Shown: one piece after another, positions 45,479-54,981 of the stretch
How the letters are laid out: every line of letters begins with the position of its first letter
Position numbering within the stretch: the first letter of the stretch is position 1
NCBI GenBank assembly: GCA_964633425.1
Contig: CAZWFX010000003.1
Span: 32,357 to 96,356, forward strand
Length of the DNA: 64,000 bases
Direction: 5' to 3'
From: an uncultured Candidatus Saccharibacteria bacterium
GTDB lineage: Bacteria > Patescibacteriota > Minisyncoccia > Phycocordibacterales > UBA2100
The notes under the pieces: model-generated
Seen by the model: only the letters and a program-made list of their open reading frames with translations
Databases searched by the model: none
What the model was told of the DNA's origin: nothing
Position numbers and translations under genes: made by a program

Positions 45479-46174
45479 ATGAAATCACGATCCGTCATTT
45501 TTGCTATAGCGATCACAGTCCTACCGTTCAGCGCGGGGGTTGTTTCTGCACAGACTGACGTGCAAGCCGGAGCGACCGCGGAAATGCATTTAAATGACGG
45601 TGGGCTGGGTCGGGGACTCAGTAACATGGTCAGGGGCATACTGGGCGAGACGGAGGCGCCGCAGGCACGATATGCCGCGCCGGCAGAACCCTCTGTAATG
45701 ATGCAGATGACTGCGCTCGATTCAAACGCGAGTGCCACGGTTGCTCCGCAGGCTGCGACTATGTCGCTCAAAGCTGCGAACGCCGAAACGACCATAGTTC
45801 CGATGAGTGATTCGGAGCTTTCCGCGTACGTTCATGATCTTTTGATCGCGGACAGCAATATTCAGTCGATCGATACCTCCGACACACACGTACGGGTCAC
45901 CTATGCGGTGCCCTCGACCGTCCTCCGGTTCGTAAAAGTGGTCCTGCGCGTGACCGTGAGCGCGAATGCATCCGGCTCAGCGGATGTTACGTATCCGTGG
46001 TACTCATTCGCTGCTTCGCATGCGGCGACGGATCTCAGGACTGATGTTTCCGAGCGGGTTGCACCACTGATACCTGACCACGCGTTCTCGCCGGACGAGC
46101 AGCGAATGCTTATAGATGAGATTCACCTCACGCTTGCCGCCCGACTCGGGTCCTCGACCGGCGGGGACCGCTAG
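45479..46174 (+). CDS. secreted hypothetical protein
   Basis: I chose the internal Met with signal peptide MKSRSVIFAIAITVLPFSAGVVSAQ. No family recognised. Confidence 0.5.
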   Translation: MKSRSVIFAIAITVLPFSAGVVSAQTDVQAGATAEMHLNDGGLGRGLSNMVRGILGETEAPQARYAAPAEPSVMMQMTALDSNASATVAPQAATMSLKAANAETTIVPMSDSELSAYVHDLLIADSNIQSIDTSDTHVRVTYAVPSTVLRFVKVVLRVTVSANASGSADVTYPWYSFAASHAATDLRTDVSERVAPLIPDHAFSPDEQRMLIDEIHLTLAARLGSSTGGDR

Positions 46175-46195
46175 TAATTTCTAGACAAATTCATC

Positions 46196-47455
46196 TTGAG
46201 CGAGTACGCTCAATTGATGTCATACACACCTTCGAAACAAATATTGGATAAGTACGCCGACGTCATGGTGAACTTCGCGCTCGGCGGCGGGAAAGGAATC
46301 AAGAAAGGAGAGGTCGTTCGCGTATCAGCGACCGAAAGCGGTAAGCCGCTCTTTACGGCCATCTGCAACGCCATCGTAAAAGCGGGCGGTCACGTGATCT
46401 CCAACTATGCTCCGGACGACGAACAGGGCGACAAGCGCCGAGCGGAAAGCTTTACTCGGTTTTTTTATGACAACGCGAAGGATCATCAGCTTGATTTCTT
46501 TCCGGAAAAGTATCTGAAGGGTATCGCTGAACAGATCGATCATTCGCTCTATATCGCCTCTGACGCTGATCCGCATGCGCTCAAAGGAGTAGATCCCAAA
46601 AAAATCATGCGTCGCGGCGTTGCGATGAAGCCGTATAAAGATTGGCTCAACGAAAAAGAGTGGAACAATAAGTTCACGTGGACGATCTGTCTGTATGGAA
46701 CTCCTGCGATGGCAAAAGAGGCGGGACTCTCTGAAAAGGAGTATTGGAATCAGATAATCAAGGCATGTTTCCTCGACGAGAAGGATCCGATCAAGAAATG
46801 GAAAGATGTCTACAAACAGATCGATTCATTCCGCTCGAAGCTCAACAAGCTATCGCCGCAGATCGACAAGCTGCATGCGGTGGGAGAAGACATGGATCTG
46901 TGGATCACGCTCGGAGAAAAACGAAATTGGTTGGCAGGATCAGGGCGAAACATTCCGTCGTTTGAGATATTTACGTCGCCCGACTGGCGTGGTACCAACG
47001 GCTGGATCCGATTCAATCAGCCTTTGTACCGCTACGGCTCAAAGGTGGAAGGTATTCAGCTGTGGTTCAAAGACGGCCTTTGTGTAAAGGCGACTGCAAC
47101 AAAGAACGAAAAGCTGCTTCAGGAAATGATCAACACGAAAGATGCGAACAAGGTGGGAGAGTATTCGCTGACCGACAGCCGTCACTCCCGCATTACCAAG
47201 TTCATGGCGGAGACGCTCTTCGATGAAAATATGGGCGGCAAGTTCGGCAATACCCACATTGCCGTCGGTATGTCGTATCGGGACACGTACGCCGGGGACG
47301 TAAGCAAACTCTCAAAAGAAGAAGCGGAGAATCTTGGTTTCAACGATTCATCGGTTCATACCGACATGATCTCAACGACCGATCGCACAGTGACCGCGCA
47401 TCTCAAGAACGGAAAGCAGGTTGTGATCTACAAAAAGGGTCAGTTCGCCCTCTAA
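46196..47455 (+). CDS. aminopeptidase, peptidase M29 (AmpS/PepS-like)
   Basis: The N-terminal KYADVMVNFALGGGKGIKKGEVV and the overall length fit M29. TTG start at 46196, or ATG at 46217. Confidence 0.75.
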   Translation: MSEYAQLMSYTPSKQILDKYADVMVNFALGGGKGIKKGEVVRVSATESGKPLFTAICNAIVKAGGHVISNYAPDDEQGDKRRAESFTRFFYDNAKDHQLDFFPEKYLKGIAEQIDHSLYIASDADPHALKGVDPKKIMRRGVAMKPYKDWLNEKEWNNKFTWTICLYGTPAMAKEAGLSEKEYWNQIIKACFLDEKDPIKKWKDVYKQIDSFRSKLNKLSPQIDKLHAVGEDMDLWITLGEKRNWLAGSGRNIPSFEIFTSPDWRGTNGWIRFNQPLYRYGSKVEGIQLWFKDGLCVKATATKNEKLLQEMINTKDANKVGEYSLTDSRHSRITKFMAETLFDENMGGKFGNTHIAVGMSYRDTYAGDVSKLSKEEAENLGFNDSSVHTDMISTTDRTVTAHLKNGKQVVIYKKGQFAL

Positions 47456-47456
47456 T

Positions 47457-47807
47457 ATGGATACCGTCTTTCTCTACGGACTTTCCGTGCAGGGAAAGCA
47501 CGGTGTTATGGAGCGAGAACGCCACGTCGAGCAGGAATTCGTGCTCGATATGGTGGCCGACGTTGATACCCGGGTGGCTGCGTCGTCAGACAAGCTTGAG
47601 GACACCGTCGACTATGTGCGGTTTCGGGATATCGCAGAGGATGTGATCCGTAACGAGTCGCATTACCTTATCGAGCGCGTCGCGGAGCGTATCGCCGTGC
47701 GCATTCTCGAAGACGCCAAAGTGCATACGATATCGATTACTATCAGGAAGCCGGCTGTACTTCCGAACGGAATACCCGGTATAACGATTGTGCGTAGTCG
47801 AGCATGA
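47457..47807 (+). CDS. folB: dihydroneopterin aldolase
   Basis: GLSVQGKHGVMERERHVEQEFVLDMV...DKLEDTVDYVRF. Confidence 0.8.
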   Translation: MDTVFLYGLSVQGKHGVMERERHVEQEFVLDMVADVDTRVAASSDKLEDTVDYVRFRDIAEDVIRNESHYLIERVAERIAVRILEDAKVHTISITIRKPAVLPNGIPGITIVRSRA

Positions 47808-48442
47808 AGACGGTATATTTTGTCCGACACGGTCAAAGCGAGGCCAATGTTGCGCCTATATTTCAGGGACCGGATTCGCCGCTCAATCAAATGGGGATTC
47901 GACAGGCCGAAGCCGTCGCGGCGCGTGCCGTAAAGATCCCATTTGACGCGCTTATTTCGAGTCCGTATGCGCGCGCAAAGCAAACTGCGGAGATTATCGC
48001 TGCCGCGACCGGAAAAACTCCCGAATACTCGGATCTGTTCGTTGAGAGAATCAAGCCGAAAAGCATTGACGGAATGCCGTATACAGACGACACCGCCAGC
48101 AAAACGTGGCGTGCGTGGGAGGGATCGCTGCATACACCCGCCCTCCGAATTGAGGACGGCGAAAATTATGATGATCTTGTGTTGCGGGCTGACAACGCAC
48201 TTGATTTTCTCTCTACTCGCACGGAAGACCGTGCGCTCGTCGTTACTCACGGATATTTTTTGCGGTCGATTATCGCGCGCGTGCTACTGAGAGACGCGCT
48301 CACGCCGCAGTCGTTCAAAAATATTCAGCGATCTGCGAACATGCAGAACACGGGCATTACCGTACTCAGACACGAAGGCGGATTCGAGTCGCCTTCAACA
48401 TGGAAGCTGTGGATCTTCAACGACCATTCTCATCTCGGTTGA
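47804..48442 (+). CDS. histidine phosphatase family protein (phosphoglycerate mutase-like)
   Basis: VYFVRHGQSEANV and VVTHGYFLR motifs. ATGA overlap with folB. Confidence 0.8.
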   Translation: MKTVYFVRHGQSEANVAPIFQGPDSPLNQMGIRQAEAVAARAVKIPFDALISSPYARAKQTAEIIAAATGKTPEYSDLFVERIKPKSIDGMPYTDDTASKTWRAWEGSLHTPALRIEDGENYDDLVLRADNALDFLSTRTEDRALVVTHGYFLRSIIARVLLRDALTPQSFKNIQRSANMQNTGITVLRHEGGFESPSTWKLWIFNDHSHLG

Positions 48443-48559
48443 TTGTGGATGTGCGCTGAATGAAATTCTTCATCTTCATTTCAGAACAAGCGGCGCATTA
48501 TGCACTGAAGGAACGCGACAGGAGCTAGTTCCGGCCTCTGCACGTTCCGCTCAAGCCGT

Positions 48560-49288
48560 ATGCATATCGTTCGCTCACATACATTTAAACGCGCTCTCGC
48601 GATCGGTATCGGCGCTGCGGTAGGAATTCTCTATGCGTTCTCGGCGATTGCGGCCAATGCTGAATCGATGCCGAACGTGATGATTGCACATAACGGACAG
48701 GTTGCCGTTCGCGGCGCGACTGTTACGTCTGTGCACGGCGACGAGATTATTGCGATATCAAACTGGGGTACCTCGAAGATTGTATGGAAGATCGAGGTCA
48801 CCAGTGCGACGAGACTGGTCCCGGAGCGCACGGAGGAGCGTCTGTCGTCGATCATTCAACCTCACGAGATCATCGGGTTCTCCGGTCTGATCGACCAACG
48901 CGGAGGCGCATTCGTAGTGTATGCGTCAACGGTCCGCAACGAGAGCGTCATGCACGATGCGACTGTTCTGGACGGCAGCGTCATCGACTCGGGATCTGAT
49001 CATTTCGTAATGCAGACGGAAAACGGGACATCAACGATCGTCGTCGGTACCGGCACTATTATGACCAAGGACGGTAACAAAGCGCTTCTCGCAGACCTTG
49101 TCCCTGGAGCCGCCATCAAAGCCTTCGGCACGCTCAATGTCCGTGAGCGCGTGCTCACCGCAAGTCGCGTCGTGTCGGTAACCGAGCAGCTGCCAAAGAT
49201 GCCGAACACGGGAAACGTCGAGCAGAGCGGCTGGTTCCATAGGGTCATGGCCTGGATCGGGCAGGGAGGGCCGTTGTCCGCAAAATAG
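48560..49288 (+). CDS. secreted beta-rich protein, distant DUF5666-like
   Basis: Signal/TM segment, then VAVRGATVTSVHGDEIIAIS... and DGSVIDSGSDHFVMQTENGTSTIVVG...LVPGAAIKAFGTL. Confidence 0.5.
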   Translation: MHIVRSHTFKRALAIGIGAAVGILYAFSAIAANAESMPNVMIAHNGQVAVRGATVTSVHGDEIIAISNWGTSKIVWKIEVTSATRLVPERTEERLSSIIQPHEIIGFSGLIDQRGGAFVVYASTVRNESVMHDATVLDGSVIDSGSDHFVMQTENGTSTIVVGTGTIMTKDGNKALLADLVPGAAIKAFGTLNVRERVLTASRVVSVTEQLPKMPNTGNVEQSGWFHRVMAWIGQGGPLSAK

Positions 49289-49314
49289 CGTGACACATCT
49301 GCCCTGAATGGGTA

Positions 49315-49320
49315 TATAAT
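49315..49320 (+). promoter_or_regulatory. consensus -10 (TATAAT) placed for a leaderless pyrB mRNA
   Basis: TATAAT, then 6 nt, then GTG (49327). GTGACA lies about 19 nt upstream. No SD is present. Confidence 0.5.
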
Positions 49321-49326
49321 CTGCGC

Positions 49327-50232
49327 GTGCAACACGTACTTGAAACGCAACAGTTCGACCGGGAGGCTCTCAAGGAGCTGTTCGCGCTCGCTACGAAAAT
49401 GGAGAATCACCGCGATGACTCTCTTCACGGTAAAATACTCGCAACACTTTTTTATGAACCGAGTACGCGTACGAGATTCTCGTTCGAGTCGGCAATGTTC
49501 CGGCTCGGAGGTCACGTCATTACCGCGGAGAACGCAAACGAGATGTCGAGCGCGATCAAAGGAGAAACGCTCGAAGATACTATCCGCGTAGTCAATAACT
49601 ATGCCGACGCGATCGTGATCAGGCATCCGGAGATCGGAACAGCGGAGCGCGCCGCTGCGGTCTCGAGCGTACCTGTAATCAACGCCGGCGATGGTGCCGG
49701 TCAGCATCCGACACAGGCGCTTCTTGATCTCTATACCGTCGAACGCGAGCTCGGTCGGATCGACGGGGCTCATGTGGCGATCGTCGGGGATCTGCGCTAC
49801 TACCGGTCTGCCCGGTCGCTTTCGTACCTGTTGAGTAAATTCAAGGACATTACGATCACCGGTGTCTCTATGCCGGAACTCACGATGTCTGATGAGTTAA
49901 AGCAGCATCTTGCCGCGAATAATGTGATCTACCGTGAGACCGACTCGTTGAAAGATGCGATGCGCGATGCTGATGTTATATATCAGACGAGGATCCAAAA
50001 AGAGCGCCTCACTCCCGAGGCGTATGAACGGACCAAGGGTCACTACGTGATCGATAAGCCGCTCGCCGACTCCATGAAGGAGGGGGCGATCATCATTCAT
50101 CCGCTGCCGCGTGTCGGCGAGATCACGCCGGAGGTGGATGCATCACCGCATGCGGTGTACTTTAAACAGGTAGGCTACGGCGTGCTTATACGCATGGCAA
50201 TCCTTTCGATTTTGTTCGGCACCAAAAAATAG
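49327..50232 (+). CDS. pyrB: aspartate carbamoyltransferase catalytic subunit
   Basis: FYEPSTRTRFSFE, HPTQALLD and HPLPR motifs. Confidence 0.9.
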   Translation: MQHVLETQQFDREALKELFALATKMENHRDDSLHGKILATLFYEPSTRTRFSFESAMFRLGGHVITAENANEMSSAIKGETLEDTIRVVNNYADAIVIRHPEIGTAERAAAVSSVPVINAGDGAGQHPTQALLDLYTVERELGRIDGAHVAIVGDLRYYRSARSLSYLLSKFKDITITGVSMPELTMSDELKQHLAANNVIYRETDSLKDAMRDADVIYQTRIQKERLTPEAYERTKGHYVIDKPLADSMKEGAIIIHPLPRVGEITPEVDASPHAVYFKQVGYGVLIRMAILSILFGTKK

Positions 50233-50270
50233 TTTGTGTAAACCCGGGGGACCGGGTGTATATTCTGAAT

Positions 50271-50852
50271 ATGGACTGGTTTGTTCGTATCTGGATCCCG
50301 ATTGCGATAGCCGTCACCGGCATGTGTGCTGTGTCTTTCTTTTCTGATCAACGGATCTATCGTCAGTCGCTCAATGATCCACAGGTCCAGATCGCGGAGG
50401 ATCTCGCATTTCAGATCGACCGCGGAATGAAGCCTAGTGCATTAGTCTCAACTTCGACCATCGTCGATATTTCATCGAGTCTGCGCACTTATACTGCGAT
50501 TTACGATAAAGACCTCAACCCCATCGTATGGAACGGTGAGTACCGGGCGCAGGCCCCGATGCCTCCGCGAGGCGTGTTCGATGACGCGAAAGGTGCCGCA
50601 GGGACCGGACCCGGAGAAAATCGCGTGACATGGCAGCCCGATGAGGATACTCGATCTGCGATCGTTGTGGTGCACATATTAAAGACAGACGGATACGTCC
50701 TCGTGGGCCGTAACATGCGCGAGATCGAAGACCGGATTTGGAGCACACAGGCGCTCGTGGGAATCGCGTGGATATTCACACTCCTTGCGACCCTTATTGC
50801 AACGTGGGTGGGCGGCCGTGTTGCGGCAGGTAAAACAGGTGTCGTCTGGTAG
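50271..50852 (+). CDS. hypothetical protein with N- and C-terminal TM segments
   Basis: ORF with hydrophobic ends. No family recognised. Confidence 0.5.
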   Translation: MDWFVRIWIPIAIAVTGMCAVSFFSDQRIYRQSLNDPQVQIAEDLAFQIDRGMKPSALVSTSTIVDISSSLRTYTAIYDKDLNPIVWNGEYRAQAPMPPRGVFDDAKGAAGTGPGENRVTWQPDEDTRSAIVVVHILKTDGYVLVGRNMREIEDRIWSTQALVGIAWIFTLLATLIATWVGGRVAAGKTGVVW

Positions 50853-50855
50853 TAC

Positions 50856-51605
50856 CTAGTGAGGGATAAGGATGTTCACTGCGATCATGATTGCGGCGCC
50901 GAACAGGAGCGTCACCGTATGATGCAGTCTCGTACCGGATTTGTGTGCGGCGTGTGCTGCATGTGGAATGAGGTCGCGCACAATGACTGAAAGGAATCCG
51001 CCGGCTGCAACCGCACTCAACAGTGATATCAATACACCTGAAGAGGTGAATACGAACGCTATACCTACACCGATCAAAATTGTGGCCGAAGCCGCCAGGT
51101 TCGAAAGCAGTGCGCGCCTGTCCGAATATCCCGCATGTTTGAGTACAAAGAATTGTGATATCTCCTGTACGCACTCGTGCAGGAATATGGCGACTGTAGC
51201 GGCGACACCGATCTCCCATCCGGCAAGGAACGCTGAAACGACGAGAAATCCGTCCGTAATATTGTGTATTCCGTCTGAAATGAGCACCCGCCGCCCGTCT
51301 ACTTCCGAGTGCGAGTGTTCGGTCGCTTCGTGATGATGGTGGGCATCCGGGATCATTCGGTGAACGATTTCGAGTGCGATCATGCCCGCGCCTACGGCAA
51401 GCACGACCATCGGTATCGATGAGCCCTCGAATGCCTCGGTTATCAGGTGGTAGGAAAGAACCGAGAGTACGCCTGCCGAAAAGGTGGCCAGGTATCCGAT
51501 ACGCGCCTTCAGCCATGACCCGAGGGCGTTCGACGTAAAAAGAACGCCGGCGAGCGAGCCGGACATTATGAATAGCGAGGCGAGCACGGAGTAAAGAATG
51601 GTCAT
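50856..51605 (-). CDS. ZIP family metal cation transporter
   Basis: Multi-TM protein with a His-rich loop (HHHHEATEHSHSE) and a HNITDGF / HE..QE pattern. I chose the internal Met at 51605. Confidence 0.75.
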   Translation of the reverse strand: MTILYSVLASLFIMSGSLAGVLFTSNALGSWLKARIGYLATFSAGVLSVLSYHLITEAFEGSSIPMVVLAVGAGMIALEIVHRMIPDAHHHHEATEHSHSEVDGRRVLISDGIHNITDGFLVVSAFLAGWEIGVAATVAIFLHECVQEISQFFVLKHAGYSDRRALLSNLAASATILIGVGIAFVFTSSGVLISLLSAVAAGGFLSVIVRDLIPHAAHAAHKSGTRLHHTVTLLFGAAIMIAVNILIPH

Positions 51606-51681
51606 GCAGCGACTATAGACACACTCTATACAGAGCGAGCCGTTTTTCAAAGCGAGCCCGATTCGTCAAATGGGCGCCCGT

Positions 51682-51689
51682 GGTATGAT
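51682..51689 (+). promoter_or_regulatory. extended -10 (TGgTATGAT) placed for a leaderless lysS mRNA
   Basis: TGGTATGAT, then 7 nt, then ATG (51697). No SD is present. Confidence 0.45.
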
Positions 51690-51696
51690 GCCGCTC

Positions 51697-53154
51697 ATGT
51701 CAGAGGCTGAAATACGGGCCGAACGGCTCAAAAAGATAGACCGCCTTCGTGAGGCGGGTATGGAGCCGTACCCGATCAAGGCCGAACCGACTGCCACGAT
51801 CGCCGAGTTTTTAGGGACCTTTGCAGAGCGCGAATCACATGCGAAACCGTCGACATTGGTGGGACGTGTTATGGCTTCGCGCGGTCAGGGTGGCATTATG
51901 TTCGCCGATATCTTCGACGGAACGGGTCGCATTCAGGCCGTGCTGCAAAAGGACGACATGGATGCATCGGTCTTTGCGCTCTACGAAGAAACAGTCGATA
52001 CGGGCGATTTTGTGGAATTCACGGGTACCGCATACACGACAAAGCGCGGAGCCCAGTCCATAAAGGTTCAGACGTGGCGCATGATTGCAAAGTCCGTTCT
52101 GCCGATACCCGACGGCTGGTATGGATTGAAGGACGAAGAGTTGATTCTGCGACAGCGGTATCTGGACGTGTTGCTGAACGAGGAGGTCCGAACGATGTTC
52201 GTCAGGCGCTCAAAGTTTTGGCAAACGATCCGAAATTTTTATATAGAACGTGGTTTCTTGGAGGTGGAGACACCTGTATTGGAATCGACCCCGGGAGGCG
52301 CAGATGCGCGACCGTTCGAAACACATCACAATGCACTCGACATTGATGTCAGTCTGCGAATTTCGCTCGAACTCTGGCTCAAGCGGCTGCTCGTAGCAGG
52401 GTATCCGAAAGTGTTCGAGATCGGCCGGATCTTCCGTAACGAAGGGCAATCGCGCGAGCATCTGCAAGACTACACGCAGCTCGAATCGTACGAGGCATAC
52501 AAAGATATGCGAGACGGTATGGAGTTCATTCAGGAGTTGTATCGAACAATCGCCATCAACGTGTACGGCAAATATACGTTCGAGATCAACGGACACATTG
52601 TAGACCTGGCTGATAATTGGGGAATCATAGATCTGGTCGCGGTCATCCAGAAAGAGTACGGAATCAATGCCATTTCGTGTACGGAAGAAGAGGCGGTGCA
52701 GGCGGCACAGAACGCGGGTGTCGTGTTCGGAGACGCACCAAATAAAACGAGAGCGATCGACGGCCTGTGGAAGCTTATCCGTAAGACGGTCGCAGGGCCG
52801 GCGTTTCTTGTCGGAGTTCCCGTATACCTAGAGCCGCTCGCAAAGCGTGTGAGCGGTGATCCTGAGCGGGTGGAACGGTTTCAGGTGATCCTTGCCGGTT
52901 CCGAAATGGGCAAAGGCTTCTCCGAGCTCAATGATCCGATCGATCAGCGCGCCCGATTCGAAGAGCAGCAAAAGTTGCGCGACGCAGGCGACGATGAGGC
53001 GCAGCGTTTGGACGAGGATTATGTTCGCGCGATGGAGTACGGCATGCCGCCGAGTTTTGGTTTCGGGCTTTCTGAGCGCCTGTTTTCCTTCCTCGAGAAC
53101 CGACCTGCGCACGAGGCGCAGATATTTCCGCTTCTTCGACCTCGATTAGACTAA
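51697..53154 (+). CDS. lysS: lysine--tRNA ligase, class II
   Basis: N-terminal OB-fold domain. Class II motifs: FLEVETPVL, RISLELWLKRLLVAGYPKVFEIGRIFRNEG and MPPSFGFGLSERL. Confidence 0.9.
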   Translation: MSEAEIRAERLKKIDRLREAGMEPYPIKAEPTATIAEFLGTFAERESHAKPSTLVGRVMASRGQGGIMFADIFDGTGRIQAVLQKDDMDASVFALYEETVDTGDFVEFTGTAYTTKRGAQSIKVQTWRMIAKSVLPIPDGWYGLKDEELILRQRYLDVLLNEEVRTMFVRRSKFWQTIRNFYIERGFLEVETPVLESTPGGADARPFETHHNALDIDVSLRISLELWLKRLLVAGYPKVFEIGRIFRNEGQSREHLQDYTQLESYEAYKDMRDGMEFIQELYRTIAINVYGKYTFEINGHIVDLADNWGIIDLVAVIQKEYGINAISCTEEEAVQAAQNAGVVFGDAPNKTRAIDGLWKLIRKTVAGPAFLVGVPVYLEPLAKRVSGDPERVERFQVILAGSEMGKGFSELNDPIDQRARFEEQQKLRDAGDDEAQRLDEDYVRAMEYGMPPSFGFGLSERLFSFLENRPAHEAQIFPLLRPRLD

Positions 53155-53156
53155 GT

Positions 53157-53579
53157 ATGGGTGACGAAGAGTTTCAGCTGCTCGTCGCCGAAGCGTACGA
53201 GAAGTTGCCTGAGTGGGCGCGGAAGAAAGTCGACAATGTTGCGCTGCTGGTCGAGGATGAACCGAGTGCAGAAGTTCGCGAGCAGCACGGTCTTGCATAC
53301 AACGAAACCCTCCTTGGTCACTACCAGGGTATTCCCGTCACGGCGCGCGGAGAGGAATATGGGAGCATGGTGATGCCGGACACAATCACGATATTCAAGG
53401 AACCGTGTCTCGATGCGGCGGAAGAAACGTGTCCGCCGGATGCCCCCGACGAGGTCTTCCTTGATCATGTTCGCAAGGTGGTGGATGAGACAGTGTGGCA
53501 TGAATACGCTCATTATCTCGGTATGGATGAGGTGGAGGTCAGGCGCCGTGAACATATTCGCGACAATCGCCCTCTGTGA
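53157..53579 (+). CDS. zincin-like metallopeptidase family protein (DUF1025 type)
   Basis: FQLLVAEAYEKLPEW...VDNVALLVEDEPS...LLGHYQG and WHEYAHYLG (HExxH) motifs. Confidence 0.75.
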   Translation: MGDEEFQLLVAEAYEKLPEWARKKVDNVALLVEDEPSAEVREQHGLAYNETLLGHYQGIPVTARGEEYGSMVMPDTITIFKEPCLDAAEETCPPDAPDEVFLDHVRKVVDETVWHEYAHYLGMDEVEVRRREHIRDNRPL

Positions 53580-53688
53580 TATAACGGAAGACCCTGATCC
53601 GCTCAGATCTTCGCCAGATAGCTCGCCAAGGGCACGTGCGTCGATGAGATCAGGGTTTCGCGCAAGCCGACGCGGTCGGCATGACTCG

Positions 53689-53717
53689 GGACGGCCCTTC
53701 GGACCGTCCTTTTTTTT
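53689..53717 (+). terminator. strong rho-independent terminator
   Basis: GGACGGCC-CTTC-GGACCGTCC followed by T8. Confidence 0.85.
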
Positions 53718-53719
53718 GC

Positions 53720-53725
53720 TATAGT
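53720..53725 (+). promoter_or_regulatory. -10-like hexamer placed for a leaderless tyrS mRNA
   Basis: TATAGT, then 7 nt, then ATG (53733). No SD is present. Confidence 0.45.
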
Positions 53726-53732
53726 TTCCCGC

Positions 53733-54971
53733 ATGGCAAACCTTTCAGATGTGCTCCGCGAGCGCGGATATGTGCATCAATTTTCATCGGAGACCCTTGA
53801 AGAGATCACCGACGGTGCAATGCGCACGGTGTACCTTGGGGTCGATCCCACGGCAGACTCGATACACCTCGGTAACTTTGTTCAGTACATGTTTCTCCGC
53901 AGGTTTGCCGAAGCGGGGCATAAAGTGATCCTCATTATCGGAGGTGGTACGGCGCTCGCCGGTGATCCGAAGCCCGATGTGGAGCGTTCACTGACGGATG
54001 CCTCGATTGTTGCTGAGCGCGCGGCAAAACTAAAGGCCCAGGCTGAAAAGATTATGGGTGGCGTAGAGCTCACGCTCGTAAACAACGCAGACTGGCTGAC
54101 CACACTCAACCTGATGGAATTTTTGCGTGACACAGGCAAGCACTTCACTGTGAATAATCTGATCAAGAAAGACGCGATAAGTGCCCGTCTGGAAAGTGCC
54201 GACGGCATATCATTTACCGAATTTTCGTACCCGCTGTTACAGGCGTACGATTTTTGGCATTTGCACAAAACATACGCCTGCGATGTTCAGATCGGCGGAT
54301 CCGATCAGTGGGGCAATATCGTTGCCGGCGTTGATCTGATCCGGCGCAAGGAAGGCTCGAAAGCGTACGCGCTTTCCTCGCCGCTCATCATTGAGAAGTC
54401 TACCGGCAAGAAATTCGGTAAGAGTGAGGGGAATGCCGTATGGCTCGATCCGCTTAAGACGTCTCCGTTCGAGTTCTACCAGTTCTTCGTCAATACCGAG
54501 GACAATATGTTGGAAGAGCTTATGTTGAAATTCACCCTGCTCCCGAAGCAGGAGATCGACGCTGCCCTCGCCGACCACATGAATAACCCCGGAGCGCGCA
54601 TCGCACAGCGAACGCTCGCGCAGGCGGTTACGGCGCTCGTGCATGGTGAGGACGGGGCTGCTCGCGCTGCGCGTGTCTCTCAGCTGCTTTTCGGAGGGGA
54701 ATCTCCCACCGAGACCGACTGGGACATAATTGCCTCCAGTGCTCCTTCACAGGCTATCCACGAGGGTGCCGGTATGCTTGATGTGCTCGTAGAGACTCGT
54801 CTCGCGAGCTCCAAGCGAGAGGCGCGTGAATACATTGCAGGAAACGCTATTACCCTCAACGGAAACGCGGTCACAGAAGATCGACCGCTCAATGCAAGCG
54901 ATTTCCAAAACGGTCACGCGCTTCTTAAGCGCGGAAAACGCAGTGTCGCCGTGATACGATTACAGTTATAA
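53733..54971 (+). CDS. tyrS: tyrosine--tRNA ligase
   Basis: GVDPTADSIHLGN (HIGH), KFGKS (KMSKS) and a C-terminal S4 domain. Confidence 0.9.
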   Translation: MANLSDVLRERGYVHQFSSETLEEITDGAMRTVYLGVDPTADSIHLGNFVQYMFLRRFAEAGHKVILIIGGGTALAGDPKPDVERSLTDASIVAERAAKLKAQAEKIMGGVELTLVNNADWLTTLNLMEFLRDTGKHFTVNNLIKKDAISARLESADGISFTEFSYPLLQAYDFWHLHKTYACDVQIGGSDQWGNIVAGVDLIRRKEGSKAYALSSPLIIEKSTGKKFGKSEGNAVWLDPLKTSPFEFYQFFVNTEDNMLEELMLKFTLLPKQEIDAALADHMNNPGARIAQRTLAQAVTALVHGEDGAARAARVSQLLFGGESPTETDWDIIASSAPSQAIHEGAGMLDVLVETRLASSKREAREYIAGNAITLNGNAVTEDRPLNASDFQNGHALLKRGKRSVAVIRLQL

Positions 54972-54981
54972 TTCTCATACC

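Noticed and set aside
49180-49288. Possible sortase sorting signal (LPKMPNTG + semi-hydrophobic tail + K) at the C-terminus of 48560-49288.
   Set aside because: The motif is MPNTG rather than LPxTG/LAxTG, the following segment is only weakly hydrophobic, and no other secreted protein in the window carries a similar signal. It is too weak to call.
53580-53732. T-box riboswitch upstream of tyrS.
   Set aside because: I find no T-box consensus (AGGGUGGNACCGCG-like) and no obvious specifier-loop context. The spacer is short, and a -10 hexamer placed 7 nt before the ATG offers a simpler explanation: a leaderless promoter after the upstream terminator.
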